Assembly: GCA_963815115.1 (NCBI GenBank)
Contig: CAWFFN010000005.1
Coordinates: 544,001 to 608,000 of the forward strand
Direction: 5' to 3'
Source of the DNA: an uncultured delta proteobacterium
GTDB taxonomy: Bacteria; Desulfobacterota; Binatia; DP-6
Length of the DNA stretch: 64,000 nucleotides
This document shows positions 9,719 through 20,600 of the stretch, piece after piece. The notes beneath the pieces were generated by a model. It did no database searches. It was given only the letters and a program-made list of their open reading frames with translations, and was not told the origin of the DNA. The translations under genes were made by a program, and so were the position numbers. Positions within the stretch are counted from its first letter, which is position 1; each line of letters starts with the position of its first letter.

Positions 9719-10729
9719 TCAGTCGTCCGAGAAGAACTCGCCCGCGACCCAGTCCTCCTCGCCGACGGCGGAACGGTTCTCTCCGCCGCTCACCGATGCG
9801 CCGTTCCCGCTCGCCGTGTTGGTCTCGCCTCCGGACACCGCGGCGTAGCCTCCGCTGGCGACGTTGCTGAGGCCGCCGCTGACCGTCGCGACGAGCCCGA
9901 TGGCATATCCCACCGCACCTCCGCTGACCGTGGTGAGCGTCCCGGCAGATTGATTCAGGTATCCGCCCGATACGGTCGCGTTCGGACCGGTGGCCTTGTT
10001 GAGCGCCCCGCCGGTCACCGCCGACCCCAGGCCCGACGCGACGTTGGAATAGCCGAACGCCACGGAGTTGCCGGCGCTCACCGTGTTGGTGTCTCCCACC
10101 GCCAGCCCGCCGTAGCTGCTGTAGGTGTGATGATCCCCGACGATCAGGTTGTGCGAGCCGGTGTGGGGACCGGTCCCGGCCGGCACGTTGTACCCGACGA
10201 ACAGGTTGCCCTTGCCGTTGATCGTGCCGCTGGTGGTCCCCGAGCCCGAGACGACCTGGACGTTCACGCCCGAGAAGCGGAGCGTCGCGCCACCGTCCTC
10301 CAGCGACACGGCCTCGATGCGGGGATCGGTGGCGGCGAAGGAGACGTCCCGCAGGCGTACGCCCGGCGAGCAGTTGGTCACCCACAAGGAGCAGGACGAC
10401 GCGCCGTCTCGCAGATAGATGGTGCACGCCGCCGGCGCCGTCTTGGCCGCGAGCGTCCCGGCAGCTCCGAGCTGGCAGTTGGTGGCGGTCGTTCCGCTGA
10501 TCGAGGTCGCGGCGTTGGCGAAGGCCGTGGTCTCTGCTCCGCTCGCCGTGCCCCAGCGCAGCGCGCTGCTGGTGCTGCTCGCGGAGACCTTGATGGTGCC
10601 GTCGGTGCTGGTCACGCTCACGGCGCAGCCGGTGACGGCATGGCTGGCGGTCGGAATCGTCCACGCCCAGATTCCCAGCATCACGGTGAAGGCGGTCACG
10701 GCACGGACTCTACACGCAGCGATGCTCAT
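9719..10729 (-). CDS. Secreted protein with C-terminal Gly/Ser/Asn beta-solenoid (Hep/Hag-like) repeats
   Basis: RBS GGAGG; signal peptide ending ASHA; repeats like TVSGGxxNxASG occur about 6 times. Confidence 0.7.
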   Translation of the reverse strand: MSIAACRVRAVTAFTVMLGIWAWTIPTASHAVTGCAVSVTSTDGTIKVSASSTSSALRWGTASGAETTAFANAATSISGTTATNCQLGAAGTLAAKTAPAACTIYLRDGASSCSLWVTNCSPGVRLRDVSFAATDPRIEAVSLEDGGATLRFSGVNVQVVSGSGTTSGTINGKGNLFVGYNVPAGTGPHTGSHNLIVGDHHTYSSYGGLAVGDTNTVSAGNSVAFGYSNVASGLGSAVTGGALNKATGPNATVSGGYLNQSAGTLTTVSGGAVGYAIGLVATVSGGLSNVASGGYAAVSGGETNTASGNGASVSGGENRSAVGEEDWVAGEFFSDD

Positions 10730-10917
10730 ACAGACCTCCTCGAGGACGGTTGGGGCCGACATGCGGTCGGCGCGCGGCACGATGCCCGCTCGACGACTCC
10801 TCCTCTCGCCACGGCAGGGAGCCGGGTTCACGGCGCAGGCGCGTAACACCCGGGCGGATTCCGCCGCAATGCGAGCCCTGCCTGCATGAACGGCACAGAG
10901 CCAGCTCGGCGGGGTGA

Positions 10918-12285
10918 TCAGGACAGCGGAACGAAGCGCCGGATCTTTCCGGTCGCCTGGCGTTCCAGGCGCGGCACGATCCGCAGGGTCACGCACGGTG
11001 ACGACACGCCGAGGCGCGCGAGCTCGCGCTCGAGGCGGCGCGCGGTCGCCGCACGATCGTCGAGGGCTCCGAGCGCCAGAACCTCCGCCCCTCGCGCCGT
11101 CTGCTGCACCTGGTACTCGAACACGCCCGCTTCGCGCGCGAGAACCGAGCGGAACACGTGGGGATGCACCAGCACGCCGTCCCCGTATGCGAAGACGTCG
11201 TCGAGACGGCCCTCGATGTCCGCGATCAGGCGATGCGTCGAGCCGCACGGACACGCCCCCTCGAGCACGGTGATCCGGTCGGTCAGCTCGAAGCGGATCA
11301 ATGGAAGCGTCGGATTCGAGATCGCGGTGACGTACACCTTGTCGGACGTGGCGCCCGGCGGAACCGGACGACCGGCCTCGTCCACCGGCTCGATGATGAC
11401 GAGGTCGTCACAGAGATGCGTCCCCGCCCCGCGCCAGCATCCGGTGGCCATCGGACCGGCCTCGGACGTGCCCCAGACGTTGGCCACCGGCGCGCCGAAG
11501 GCCTCCTCCGCCGCTTGCCGGACCTCGGGCAGCAGGGGCTCGCTGGTCGAGACGATCCGCCGGGGTGCGATGCGGAGCCGGCCCTCGCGCGCCTCCATGG
11601 CGAGGACGCCGAGGACGGACGCGTAGCCGATCAGCGTCGTCGAACGGAAGTCGTTCAGCCCTCGCACGATCACGTCCAGCGGCTGGGTCACGGGGAAGTG
11701 CTCGATCCGGACCGCCGGGTTGGAGAAGGTCTGCCCGAGCGCGCTGGTCATGTGAGTGGCGTTCCGGGCCGCGACCATGGCCACTGTGCTGGGAAGGGAT
11801 GCCAGCTCGGGCGTCACGGCACGATCCCGGAGCGACCGGCGGAAGAAGCCGGCATACACGGTCGCCCATTCGTCCCACCCGAACACGAACACCCCGCGAC
11901 GGCCAGTCGAGCCTCCCGAGGCCACCGCATGGAACTCGTCCAGCAGATAGGCATCCGTGCTCAGCCCGGCGAGGTGGTCCTCGACGATGTCCAGCGAGAG
12001 CCGGCGATCGGTGACGATGTCGTTCCAGTGCTCCATCAGATCGAGCTTGGTCATCGGCGCGATCGATTGCAGATCCTCCTCGCGAGCCGTCGCGGGATCG
12101 AGGGTGCGCAGCCGCTCGCGATGCCATGGCGACCGCTCCTTCGCGATCCGCAGGAGGTCGCGCAGGCGATCCTCGCGCTCGCGACGGATGCGCTCGGCCG
12201 GCCACTGCAGGCGCTCGACCATCCCCGGCATGATGGCCATCAGCCGGGCAACGTGGCGCTGCCTGAGGTCCTCGTAGGCGGCCAT
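10918..12285 (-). CDS. Phenylacetate-CoA ligase (PaaK/CapK)-like adenylate-forming enzyme
   Basis: SGGSTG P-loop, WGTSE, PLIRFELTD, CPCG..IEGRLDD, TGKIR; start MAAYEDLR at 12285. Confidence 0.85.
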   Translation of the reverse strand: MAAYEDLRQRHVARLMAIMPGMVERLQWPAERIRREREDRLRDLLRIAKERSPWHRERLRTLDPATAREEDLQSIAPMTKLDLMEHWNDIVTDRRLSLDIVEDHLAGLSTDAYLLDEFHAVASGGSTGRRGVFVFGWDEWATVYAGFFRRSLRDRAVTPELASLPSTVAMVAARNATHMTSALGQTFSNPAVRIEHFPVTQPLDVIVRGLNDFRSTTLIGYASVLGVLAMEAREGRLRIAPRRIVSTSEPLLPEVRQAAEEAFGAPVANVWGTSEAGPMATGCWRGAGTHLCDDLVIIEPVDEAGRPVPPGATSDKVYVTAISNPTLPLIRFELTDRITVLEGACPCGSTHRLIADIEGRLDDVFAYGDGVLVHPHVFRSVLAREAGVFEYQVQQTARGAEVLALGALDDRAATARRLERELARLGVSSPCVTLRIVPRLERQATGKIRRFVPLS

Positions 12286-12408
12286 GGCTGCGGGGTCCGG
12301 TCGTAACCGGGCAACCCCGGGGGGCGCAATCGGCCGTCGGTCGTACCTCCCGGAGCTCGAGTTCTGTTGACCCCCCAGGGACCCCCGAGTACTGTCCGCA
12401 GGGCGCGC

Positions 12409-13596
12409 ATGATCAGGACGCTCTGGCACGAGGTCGCCGGGCTTCGCGGCCACGCGGGGTGGCGGGAGCTGATCGGGTTGCCCCCCTGGCAGGGCTATCG
12501 CCTGACGGCGAAGCGCCTGCTGAACCTGTATCGCGTCCGCTACCAGTACGTCCTCGGGAGCACGGCCGTGCCCGCCATGCCGGTCAAGCTCACGATCGAG
12601 CCGACCAGCGTCTGCAACCTCCAGTGCCCGGGATGCTTCACCGGGATCGACGAGGTGGGGCGCACGCGCGGCGCGATGTCGCTGGAGCTCTACCGCTCGC
12701 TCCTCGCCGAGCTCGGCGACTATCTCTTCGAGCTCGAGTTCTACAACTGGGGCGAGCCGCTCCTCGCGAAGCAGCTCCCGATCATGATTCACGAGGCTCA
12801 CGACCGCGGCATCTCCACCACGGTGAGCACGAACTTCAGCATCCCCTTCGACGCCGAGAAAGCGGAGCGGCTGGTGGCGTCGGGCTTGACGGTGCTCGGC
12901 GTGTCCATCGACGGCGCGCGCCAGGAGAGCTACGAGCAGTATCGCGTGCGAGGAGACCTCGCGCTGGTGCTGAAGAACTGCCGGCTCGTCACCGATGCCA
13001 AGCGCAAGCTCGGCTCGCGCACGCCCCGCCTGGTGTGGGAGTTCCACGTCTTCGAGCACAACCATCAGGACGTCGAGCTGGCCCGGCAGATGGCCCGCGA
13101 CCTCGACATGGACATCTGCGTCTCGAAGGGATGGAACATCGGCGCGGAGTGGAATCCGGGCGGCGAGTGGCAGTTCTTCGGGAAGCCACGGCCGGTGCGC
13201 TGTCCGTTCCTGTGGGGCTTCGCGGTGGTGAACAACGACGGCGGCGTGTCGCCGTGCTGCGGGACCTTCTACAGCGAGGACGACATGGGCCGCGTGAGCG
13301 GCGAGATCGGGCATCCCGGCGCGACGACGTTTCGCCAGGTGTGGAACGGCGAGCGCTTCCAGGCCGCACGCGGCTTCTACCACCGCCGTGACGGTACGGA
13401 GGAAGCCCGTGCGCACGTCTGCCACGACTGCCCCAACACCGTCCTGCACGAGGAGTGGCGCGAGCATCGCGCCGCGGGAGGCGACGCGCGCTCGTTCCAG
13501 GTCCGCTTCACCATGAACGACGTGGTCAACTACTTCTGGAACCGGCGCCCGGGTCGCCGTCAGCCCGCTGGCGAGGCACGCCGGGCGGCGCCGTAG
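12409..13596 (+). CDS. Radical SAM protein with SPASM/Twitch domain
   Basis: CNLQCPGC, WGEPLL, STN, SIDG; C-terminal CPFLW...DGGVSPCC...CHDCP. Confidence 0.88.
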   Translation: MIRTLWHEVAGLRGHAGWRELIGLPPWQGYRLTAKRLLNLYRVRYQYVLGSTAVPAMPVKLTIEPTSVCNLQCPGCFTGIDEVGRTRGAMSLELYRSLLAELGDYLFELEFYNWGEPLLAKQLPIMIHEAHDRGISTTVSTNFSIPFDAEKAERLVASGLTVLGVSIDGARQESYEQYRVRGDLALVLKNCRLVTDAKRKLGSRTPRLVWEFHVFEHNHQDVELARQMARDLDMDICVSKGWNIGAEWNPGGEWQFFGKPRPVRCPFLWGFAVVNNDGGVSPCCGTFYSEDDMGRVSGEIGHPGATTFRQVWNGERFQAARGFYHRRDGTEEARAHVCHDCPNTVLHEEWREHRAAGGDARSFQVRFTMNDVVNYFWNRRPGRRQPAGEARRAAP

Positions 13597-13608
13597 CGTC
13601 GCGCGGCC

Positions 13609-14430
13609 ATGTCGGAGGCAGCCTCGTTCCGCTCGCGCTACGGTCCCTGTGCGCTCGTCGCCGGCGCCGCGGTCGGTCTCGGGGCCGAGTGGGCGCGGCA
13701 GATCGCGGAGCACGGGCTCGACCTCGTCCTTCTCGACCGCGACGAGGAGGCCCTCGAGCGCACCGCCGCCGAGATCCGCGCCTCGCGCGACGTCCAGGTG
13801 CGGTCGGTCGCGCTCGATCTCGCCCGCGCGGACCTCGTCGACGCGATCGGCGAGGCGGTCGCCGGCCTCGAGATCGGGCTGCTCGTCTGCAACGCGGCAT
13901 GCAGCGTCGTCGCGCCGTTCCTCGAGCTCGAGACGGCGCAGCTCCACGCGATGCTCGACGTCAACTGCCGAGCGCCGTTGCTCCTGGCGCACGCCCTCGC
14001 ACCGCCGATGGTGCGTCGCGGACGCGGCGGGATCGTGCTCATGTCGTCCCTCTCGGGAAACGTGGGGTCCGCCCAGCTCGCGGTCTACGCCGCGAGCAAG
14101 GCGTTCGATCTCGTCCTTGCCGACGCGCTCTGGGCGGAGCTGCGGCCCCGGGGCGTCGACGTGCTGGCGGTGCAGCCGGGCTCGACCCGCACCCCGGGCT
14201 GGCTCGCGTCCCAGCCCGCGGACGCCGATGCGGCGCTGCCCGCGATGGAGCCGGCCGACGTGGTGCGCGAGGCGCTCGGCGCGCTCGGCGTCGAGCCCGG
14301 GATCGTCCCCGGCGAGCTGAACCGGCAGGGCGCCGACGCCCTGGCGCGCCTGCCGCGCCGCCAGGCGATCGAGCTGTTGAGCGCGATCACCGGGACGCTC
14401 GTCCCGAATCACCGTCCTCGAACGCGCTGA
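13609..14430 (+). CDS. SDR family oxidoreductase
   Basis: YGPCALVAGAAVGLG, YAASKAF, PGSTRT. Confidence 0.88.
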   Translation: MSEAASFRSRYGPCALVAGAAVGLGAEWARQIAEHGLDLVLLDRDEEALERTAAEIRASRDVQVRSVALDLARADLVDAIGEAVAGLEIGLLVCNAACSVVAPFLELETAQLHAMLDVNCRAPLLLAHALAPPMVRRGRGGIVLMSSLSGNVGSAQLAVYAASKAFDLVLADALWAELRPRGVDVLAVQPGSTRTPGWLASQPADADAALPAMEPADVVREALGALGVEPGIVPGELNRQGADALARLPRRQAIELLSAITGTLVPNHRPRTR

Positions 14431-14481
14431 GATCGTCCGGCGCGCTTGACTCCGGAGGTCGTCTCGGGCGACGCATCGGGC

Positions 14482-15258
14482 ATGGCACTGCTGGATCGCT
14501 TTCGCATGACCGACCGGGTCGCGGTCGTCACCGGCGCGGGCCGCGGCATCGGCCGCGCGATCGCCCTCGCGTTCGCGGAGATGGGAGCCGACGTGGTGTG
14601 CGCCGCGCGCACCGAGCGCGAGATCGAGGCGACGGCGGAGCGCGTCCGGGAGCTCGGCCGCCGTGCGTTGCCGGTGCGCTGCGACGTCACCGACACCGCC
14701 CAGCTCGACGCGCTCGCGGCTCGCTCCAAGGACGAGTTCGGGCGCATCGACGTCCTGGTGAACAACGCCGGCGGCTTTCCGCCGATGGCGTTCCTCGACA
14801 CCGACGTCGCGTCGTGGGAGTGGTGCGTGCGCTTCAACCTCACCTCCGCCTTCGCGCTGACGCGCGCCTGCCTGCCCCACATGCTGGACGGCGACGGCGG
14901 CGTGGTCCTGAACATCTCGTCCGCCGCGGGGCGCATCGTGCGCAAGGGCTTCGTCGCCTACGGCACGGTGAAGGCGGCGCTGTCCTTCATGACCCGGCAG
15001 CTCGCCGCCGAGTTCGCGCCTCGCGTGCGGGTGAACGCGCTCGCGGTCGGAGCGGTCGAGACCTCGGCCCTGCGCCCCTTCCTCACCGACGAGCTGCGCG
15101 CCCAGATGGAAGCGATGACGCCGATGCGGCGGATCGGAACGGTGGAGGACATCGCGCTGGCCGCGCTCTGGCTGTGCTCGCCCGCCGGGGGATGGGTCAC
15201 CGGCAAGGTCGTCGAGGTGGACGGGGGGACCGAGACCACGAACTGGCCGTTCGATTGA
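14482..15258 (+). CDS. SDR family oxidoreductase (7-alpha-HSDH-like)
   Basis: TGAGRGIG, NNAG, YGTVK, VDGG. Confidence 0.88.
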   Translation: MALLDRFRMTDRVAVVTGAGRGIGRAIALAFAEMGADVVCAARTEREIEATAERVRELGRRALPVRCDVTDTAQLDALAARSKDEFGRIDVLVNNAGGFPPMAFLDTDVASWEWCVRFNLTSAFALTRACLPHMLDGDGGVVLNISSAAGRIVRKGFVAYGTVKAALSFMTRQLAAEFAPRVRVNALAVGAVETSALRPFLTDELRAQMEAMTPMRRIGTVEDIALAALWLCSPAGGWVTGKVVEVDGGTETTNWPFD

Positions 15259-15270
15259 CGCGCCGCCGCG

Positions 15271-16137
15271 TCAGCTCGCGAGGAACTCGAGCAGCGTGCG
15301 GTTCACCGCCTCGGGCTGCTCCTGGTGCAGGAAGTGGCCCGCGCGCGGCACGATCTCGACGCGCAGGCCGCGCGGGAAGTACGCGTCCATGCCGGCGGCC
15401 AGCTCGGGGCCGATGCAGCCGTCGTCGGCGCCGTGGAAGTAGAGCGCCGGAACGTCGATCGGCGCCGCCATCGCCTGCAGCATGCCGTCGAGCTGCCCCG
15501 GGTCGTCGAACACCGGCCGCATGGTGTGGCGATAGTAGCCGAGCGCCGCCTGCAGGGTGCCGGGCCGGCCCAGCGTCTCCTTCACGGCGTCGAGGGTCGA
15601 CGGCGGCGCCTGCCAGCCCGGCGACCAGTCGCGATAGAGATGCTCGACCATCGCGAAGCCGTCGCGCGCCAGCGCCTCGTCGCCGAGCGCGTGCTGGAAG
15701 AGCAGCATGTACCAGCTTCGCCGCTGCTGGACGTAGCTCTCGCGCAGCGCACGGAAGAAGCTCGGGCCGTACGGGACGGCGAGCGTGACGATCTTCCGCA
15801 TGCGGCGCGAGGCCAGCAGCGCCCCGAAGTACGTCGCCGCCGCGCCCCAGTCGTGGCCGATGACCACGGCGTCCTCGCCCAGCGCGTCGAGCAGCGCGGC
15901 GACGTCCTCGCCCAGCGCCATGGCGTCGAAGCGCCCGTCGGCGGGCTGCGAGGTGGGTGCGTAGCCGCGCATGAACGGCGCGACGACGCGGAAGCCGGCC
16001 GAGACGAGCGCCGGTGTCTGGTGGCGCCACGAGCGGGCGTCGTCGGGGAAGCCGTGGAGGCAGAGCACGAGCGGGCCCGAACCCTCCTCGAGGGCGTGGA
16101 AGGTCACATTCGGGGTCCGGATCGTACGCTCGGTCAT
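15271..16137 (-). CDS. Alpha/beta hydrolase (epoxide hydrolase-like)
   Basis: RBS AAGGAG; LHGFP, GHDWG nucleophile motif, AGHFLHQE. Confidence 0.88.
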   Translation of the reverse strand: MTERTIRTPNVTFHALEEGSGPLVLCLHGFPDDARSWRHQTPALVSAGFRVVAPFMRGYAPTSQPADGRFDAMALGEDVAALLDALGEDAVVIGHDWGAAATYFGALLASRRMRKIVTLAVPYGPSFFRALRESYVQQRRSWYMLLFQHALGDEALARDGFAMVEHLYRDWSPGWQAPPSTLDAVKETLGRPGTLQAALGYYRHTMRPVFDDPGQLDGMLQAMAAPIDVPALYFHGADDGCIGPELAAGMDAYFPRGLRVEIVPRAGHFLHQEQPEAVNRTLLEFLAS

Positions 16138-16229
16138 GCCGGCTCCTTAGCAGCCGCGCGCTGCCAGGCGAAGCCGCCGGCGCGCGTAGGCGGCGCGGGG
16201 CGCGCGTCGGCAGCGCTACCCCGCTACAG

Positions 16230-16479
16230 AGGCCGGGCACCGGGCTCGCCGTCACCTCGGCCTCGAGCCCGCGGCTGGTCACGCGCCGGGCGTTCAGGAC
16301 GACGAATCCGTGAAGCCGGCGCGCTCGATGTTCTGGTAGTCGCTCACGCGGATCCGGTAGAGCGTCAGCGCGGCGGCCAGCCGCCCGTCGAGCCACGCGG
16401 CCCGCGCGCCGATCTCGTCGGTCCAGTTGAACGCCCGCTGGAAGCGCGCCGCCGCGGGGTCGTCGGTGAGATACGACGC
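16230..16479 (-). pseudogene. Fragment of a TonB-dependent receptor beta-barrel, frameshifted
   Basis: Reads EIGARAAWLDGRLAAALTLYRIRVSDYQ, then after a 1-nt shift near 16305 FVVLNARRVTSRGLEAEVTASPVPGL; both resemble TBDR barrel strands; no start or end. Confidence 0.65.
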
Positions 16480-16610
16480 GCATCAAGGACGCGATCGCGC
16501 GGCTCCAGCCGGTGCATCCGCCGCTGGCGGAGCACCTGCGGGCCTGCGTGACCACGGGGCACTTCTGCGCCTACCGGCCGGCGCGACCCACGTCGCCGTG
16601 GGAGTGCTGA
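16473..16610 (+). pseudogene. C-terminal fragment of an AAA-ATPase/regulator-associated domain
   Basis: TTRIKDAIARLQPVHPPLAEHLRACVTTGHFCAYRP..W.C* resembles the recalled ending I..AI.RI...HP.LG.HL...V.TG.FC.Y.P; no start codon. Confidence 0.55.
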
Positions 16611-16620
16611 CCGCGTCCGG

Positions 16621-17022
16621 CTAGCGGATCACCTGCACGCTTCTGGAATCCGCGATTCGGCGGTCGCTCGTGACCAGCGGCGCGCCATGGTGCAGGGCGG
16701 TGGCCACGATGAGCATGTCGGCCGGATCTCGCAGGACGGCGAGGCGCGCCGCGCTCGCGATGACGGGAACGCTCAGCGGGACGACATCGAGCCCCGCGAT
16801 CGACATGGCCTGCTCCAACCACGCCTCCAGCGGCACCGGCAGGCGCAGGCGCGCGCCCTCGACCAGCAGCGCCACCTCCCATGCCGAGATGACCGACAAC
16901 AGCAGCGATTCGCCCCCTCGCCTGCGGGCGCGATCGATGGCCGACCGTTGTCTCCGAGAGAGCTTCTCGGGCTTGCTGGCCCACCACACCCAGGCATGGG
17001 TATCGAGCACCAGCGCGCTCAC
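16621..17022 (-). CDS. vapC: Type II TA toxin, VapC/PIN domain
   Basis: VLDTHAWVWW, SVISAWEV, DPADMLIVATA, LVTSD; GTG start overlaps the antitoxin stop. Confidence 0.88.
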   Translation of the reverse strand: MSALVLDTHAWVWWASKPEKLSRRQRSAIDRARRRGGESLLLSVISAWEVALLVEGARLRLPVPLEAWLEQAMSIAGLDVVPLSVPVIASAARLAVLRDPADMLIVATALHHGAPLVTSDRRIADSRSVQVIR

Positions 17023-17258
17023 CGTCGATTGGCCTCCCAGACGACGCCGGTATCGAAGTCCTCCACGCGATCGCCCCCGATCACCGTCCCCCGCAGCCGC
17101 CCGAGCGCGTCGTCGCGCGGGAGCTCGTCCAGCGGGACCACCCGCGCGATGGGCTTGCCGCGTTTCGTGATGACGAGCTCGCGGCGCCGGCGCGCCACCT
17201 CGTCCACGAGCCGGAGGCAGTGCGCCTTGAGCTCGGAGATCGCCACCGTTCTTGCCAT
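17019..17258 (-). CDS. Type II TA antitoxin, Phd/YefM family
   Basis: MARTVAISELKAHCLRLVDEV...VITKRGKPIARVVP. Confidence 0.88.
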   Translation of the reverse strand: MARTVAISELKAHCLRLVDEVARRRRELVITKRGKPIARVVPLDELPRDDALGRLRGTVIGGDRVEDFDTGVVWEANRR

Positions 17259-17655
17259 GGGCCATCTGTGACTGTCCATTGGTCAAGTGTCAATGGTCAC
17301 TTCGTCGGCGTGCGGCCTGAGGAAGGACAAGGCCACGGGCGTGTGCTTCACGACGCCCCTCGTCGCGCGAACTGGTCTGGCAGGCTGCACGGTCGAGTTC
17401 GGCCATTCGGCCTCGATCGATCACCTCGCCCTGGTCCTCTCGCGCGTCATCCATGGACGACTCGAACGCAGCACTCTCATGCAGTGTCCAAACGGCGCAC
17501 TGCGACGTCATCGCCGCAACGATGCGAGATGAACTGCGACGAAAGGGGGGCTTGCGCCGTGCTAAGGCGGAATGCAACAAGGCGCGCGCCCGAAGAAGGC
17601 TCGACAGGTCGCTACGCAGCGTGCGGGTCCGGCGGCCTGAGCAGCACCGCCTGCA

Positions 17656-20600
17656 ATGCGGCAACTCAGAAAGACAGAAACGATCCTCGGCCTCGCCCAC
17701 CTGCTCCTGTGCGTGGCTGGCCTGAACGGCGTTGCCGCCGCCGCCACGGTTCCGATCGGTCCCCCGACCGGCCTCTCCGACCCTCTCCCGGCACCGCTGC
17801 GCACCCGCTGGGTCGACCGCTGCGGTCGCGGCACCGCCGGCACCTGCGGCTCGGTGACGTGTGCCGACGGCGGGGCCTGCACCGACCAGAACGCCCCCTG
17901 CTGCACGCTGCACTACGCCGCCGGTCGGACCGACGTCAGGGCAGGCGACCGCATCTACGTGCGCGCCGGTGCAGACGAATCGGACGTCTACAACGAGCTC
18001 GACCGCGAGAACGGCAAGTGGGGCTATGCGACCCTCGCCCCGTTCGTGAAAGGTACGGCGCGCTGCGCCGGCGGCACCCGGTCGGGCTGGGGCTGTACCT
18101 CGGACGCCGGCTGTCCCGGCTCGACCTGCGCCTACAACCCCGTGGCGCTCGTCGCCTATCCCGAGGCGGACGGCTCCCGGGCGGCGATCGACCCGGGTGA
18201 CACGACGCCGCCGAACACCGGTGGCACGAATTGCTGGGGAGGATCGGTCGGGCACTACGCCGGCGTGGACTTCAACATCTCGACGTGCGGCTCGACGATC
18301 GGGAACGATCGCACCGAGTGCTACGGCGGCTCGCAGGAGGGCAAGCCGTGCTCGAGCCTCGCCGACTGCGCCGGCGGCGTCGCCTGCGCGGCGGCCCCCT
18401 GGTACTGGATCGTCGACGGCTTCACGTTCAGCAACTGGACCTACTACGACGCCGATCCCACCCACACGAACCACACCGCCTACTGCACCCACAAGCCGTT
18501 CCAGGTGGGCTACGATCACGGTTGCCCGGTCACCGTGTCGATCACGCTGCAGAACTCGACCTTCACGCACAACGCGGGCGGCGGCCTGATCTGGTCGCGC
18601 GGCGGCGCCGGCAACCGCTGGCTGCACAACTCCGTCTACGGCAACCACAGCCACGGCTACACGACGGCGCTGAATCACTGGGAGGCCCAGGACACCAAGC
18701 GCAATCGCACCACCTACATGTGGAACAACGTGATCCACGACAACGGGGACACGCCGCCGCCGTTCTGCATGGCGCAGGCCTGTCGAGATGCCGGCTCGCA
18801 TCCGACGTTCACCTGTCTCGACGGCGACAACAAAGGGCAGCCGTGCCGAGGCGAGTCCGATTGTCCCGTCGGACACTGCGGACCCATCTGCTACACCGAC
18901 CCCTTCCACAACTCGGGAAGCGCCAGCCAGGGCTACGACTGCCCGTGCCAGAACGACGACCAGTGCGCGTCGGGACTCACCTGCCAGGCGATCGGCGGCG
19001 GACTCGCGGGCTGCCCGGCCAACGAGTGCGACTGCACGGCGTCGACGGAAGGGCGCGGCATCATCGTCGATCGGGGCGGTTCGTCCTCGAGCGTCGACAT
19101 CCGCAACAACGTGATCTACGGCAACGAGGGCGATTGCATCTCGCTCTTCCTGAGCGACGCGCACGGCGTGATCGCCAACAACACCTGCTTCCACAACGCG
19201 AAGAAGAACGGCACCTACGCCGAGCTGTGGTACGCCGGCAACTACTCCAACGTCTGGAACAACCTCTTCGTGCCGACGGTGCAGGCGGCCTGCGACGGCA
19301 ACGGCATCGAGCACGGGACGGGCGGACACGCCTGCACCCACTACCTCCGCAACGACGTCAGCGACTGCGGCGGCGGCACGGTGTCGCTCGGCTGCAACCC
19401 CACGGGCGTCCAGTACTACGACGGCGGCGGTCTCTGGACCTGGGGCGAGCCGTCGCTCCCCGGAACCAACTTCGAGGGCAACAACCTCGTCTTCTGGAAC
19501 AGCAACACGACCTACGGCACGATCGCCGATCCCCCGACGTTCTTCTTCGGCACCGGGGCCAAGGGGACCCTCGCCGGCTTGCTGTCCTATGGAACCAACA
19601 CCGGCCTCACGCGGGGGAGGGGCGACATCGGCGCCGACCCGCTCTTCCTGAGCACGAACCCGAGCGATCCCCGGTTCCTGCGCATCCCCGCCAACTCGCC
19701 GGCCGCCGGCGCGGGCAATTCGACGTTCGCCCCCACCTTCGACGTCACCGGGGTCGCGCGGCCCAACCCGCCGGCGATCGGGGCGTTCGAGCCGACCGCT
19801 GCCACGGTCTCCACGACGACCGTGCCGACGACCACACGCCCTGCCACCACCGTGCCGACGACGACGCGTCCCCCGACCACCGTGGTGACCACCTCCACCA
19901 CGCTCGCCACCACGACCACCACGCCCACGTCGCCCACGACGACCACCACGACGCCGGCGGGAAGCGGTGCACCGCCGGTCAACTGGGGCAACGACCCGAG
20001 CACCGTCGCCTTCTGGACCTTCGAGGGCGGCAGCATGAAGAACGTCTCGACGTCGACGCGGTACTGCAACCCGGCCAGCCAGGCGAACCTGAGCGTCTAC
20101 AACGGCACGCCGGCCTTCGACACCACGAACCGCCGCGAAGGCGGGTCGTCGTTCGCGTTCGACGGGAGCACCACGCTTGCCTCCTCCGCGAACTGTCTCC
20201 GGCAGAACGGTCCCAGCCGCTGGACGCTCACGCTCTGGGCGCGCAGCACGTCGAGCAACGCGCCGTACCCGATGCTGGTCTTCAACCGCAACGAATCGGG
20301 CGTCCGGTCCGGTTTCTACGTCACCTACGTCGCCGCCAACGGCCAGACGTACGCCTGCCTGGACGCCAACAGCGTGGATACCTGCAGCACGCTGGTCAAC
20401 AACGTCTTCAAACCGGACGGCTCGTGGCACTTCTCCGCCACGCAATACACCGGCACACAGCTCAACTATGCGCTCGATGGCGCGGCGTTCTCCAAGCCGG
20501 TGACCGTCGGGTTCACCCCCAACACCGGCACGTATCCCTTCCAGCTCTCCCACGTCGTGGCCCCGGGCACGACCACCGGCGTGATCGGCAACGAGGACGA

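Noticed and set aside
12286-14880. N-terminal 860 aa of the listed 1320-aa ORF 10918-14880
   Set aside because: Antisense to the radical SAM and SDR genes; only 10918-12285 has PaaK motifs
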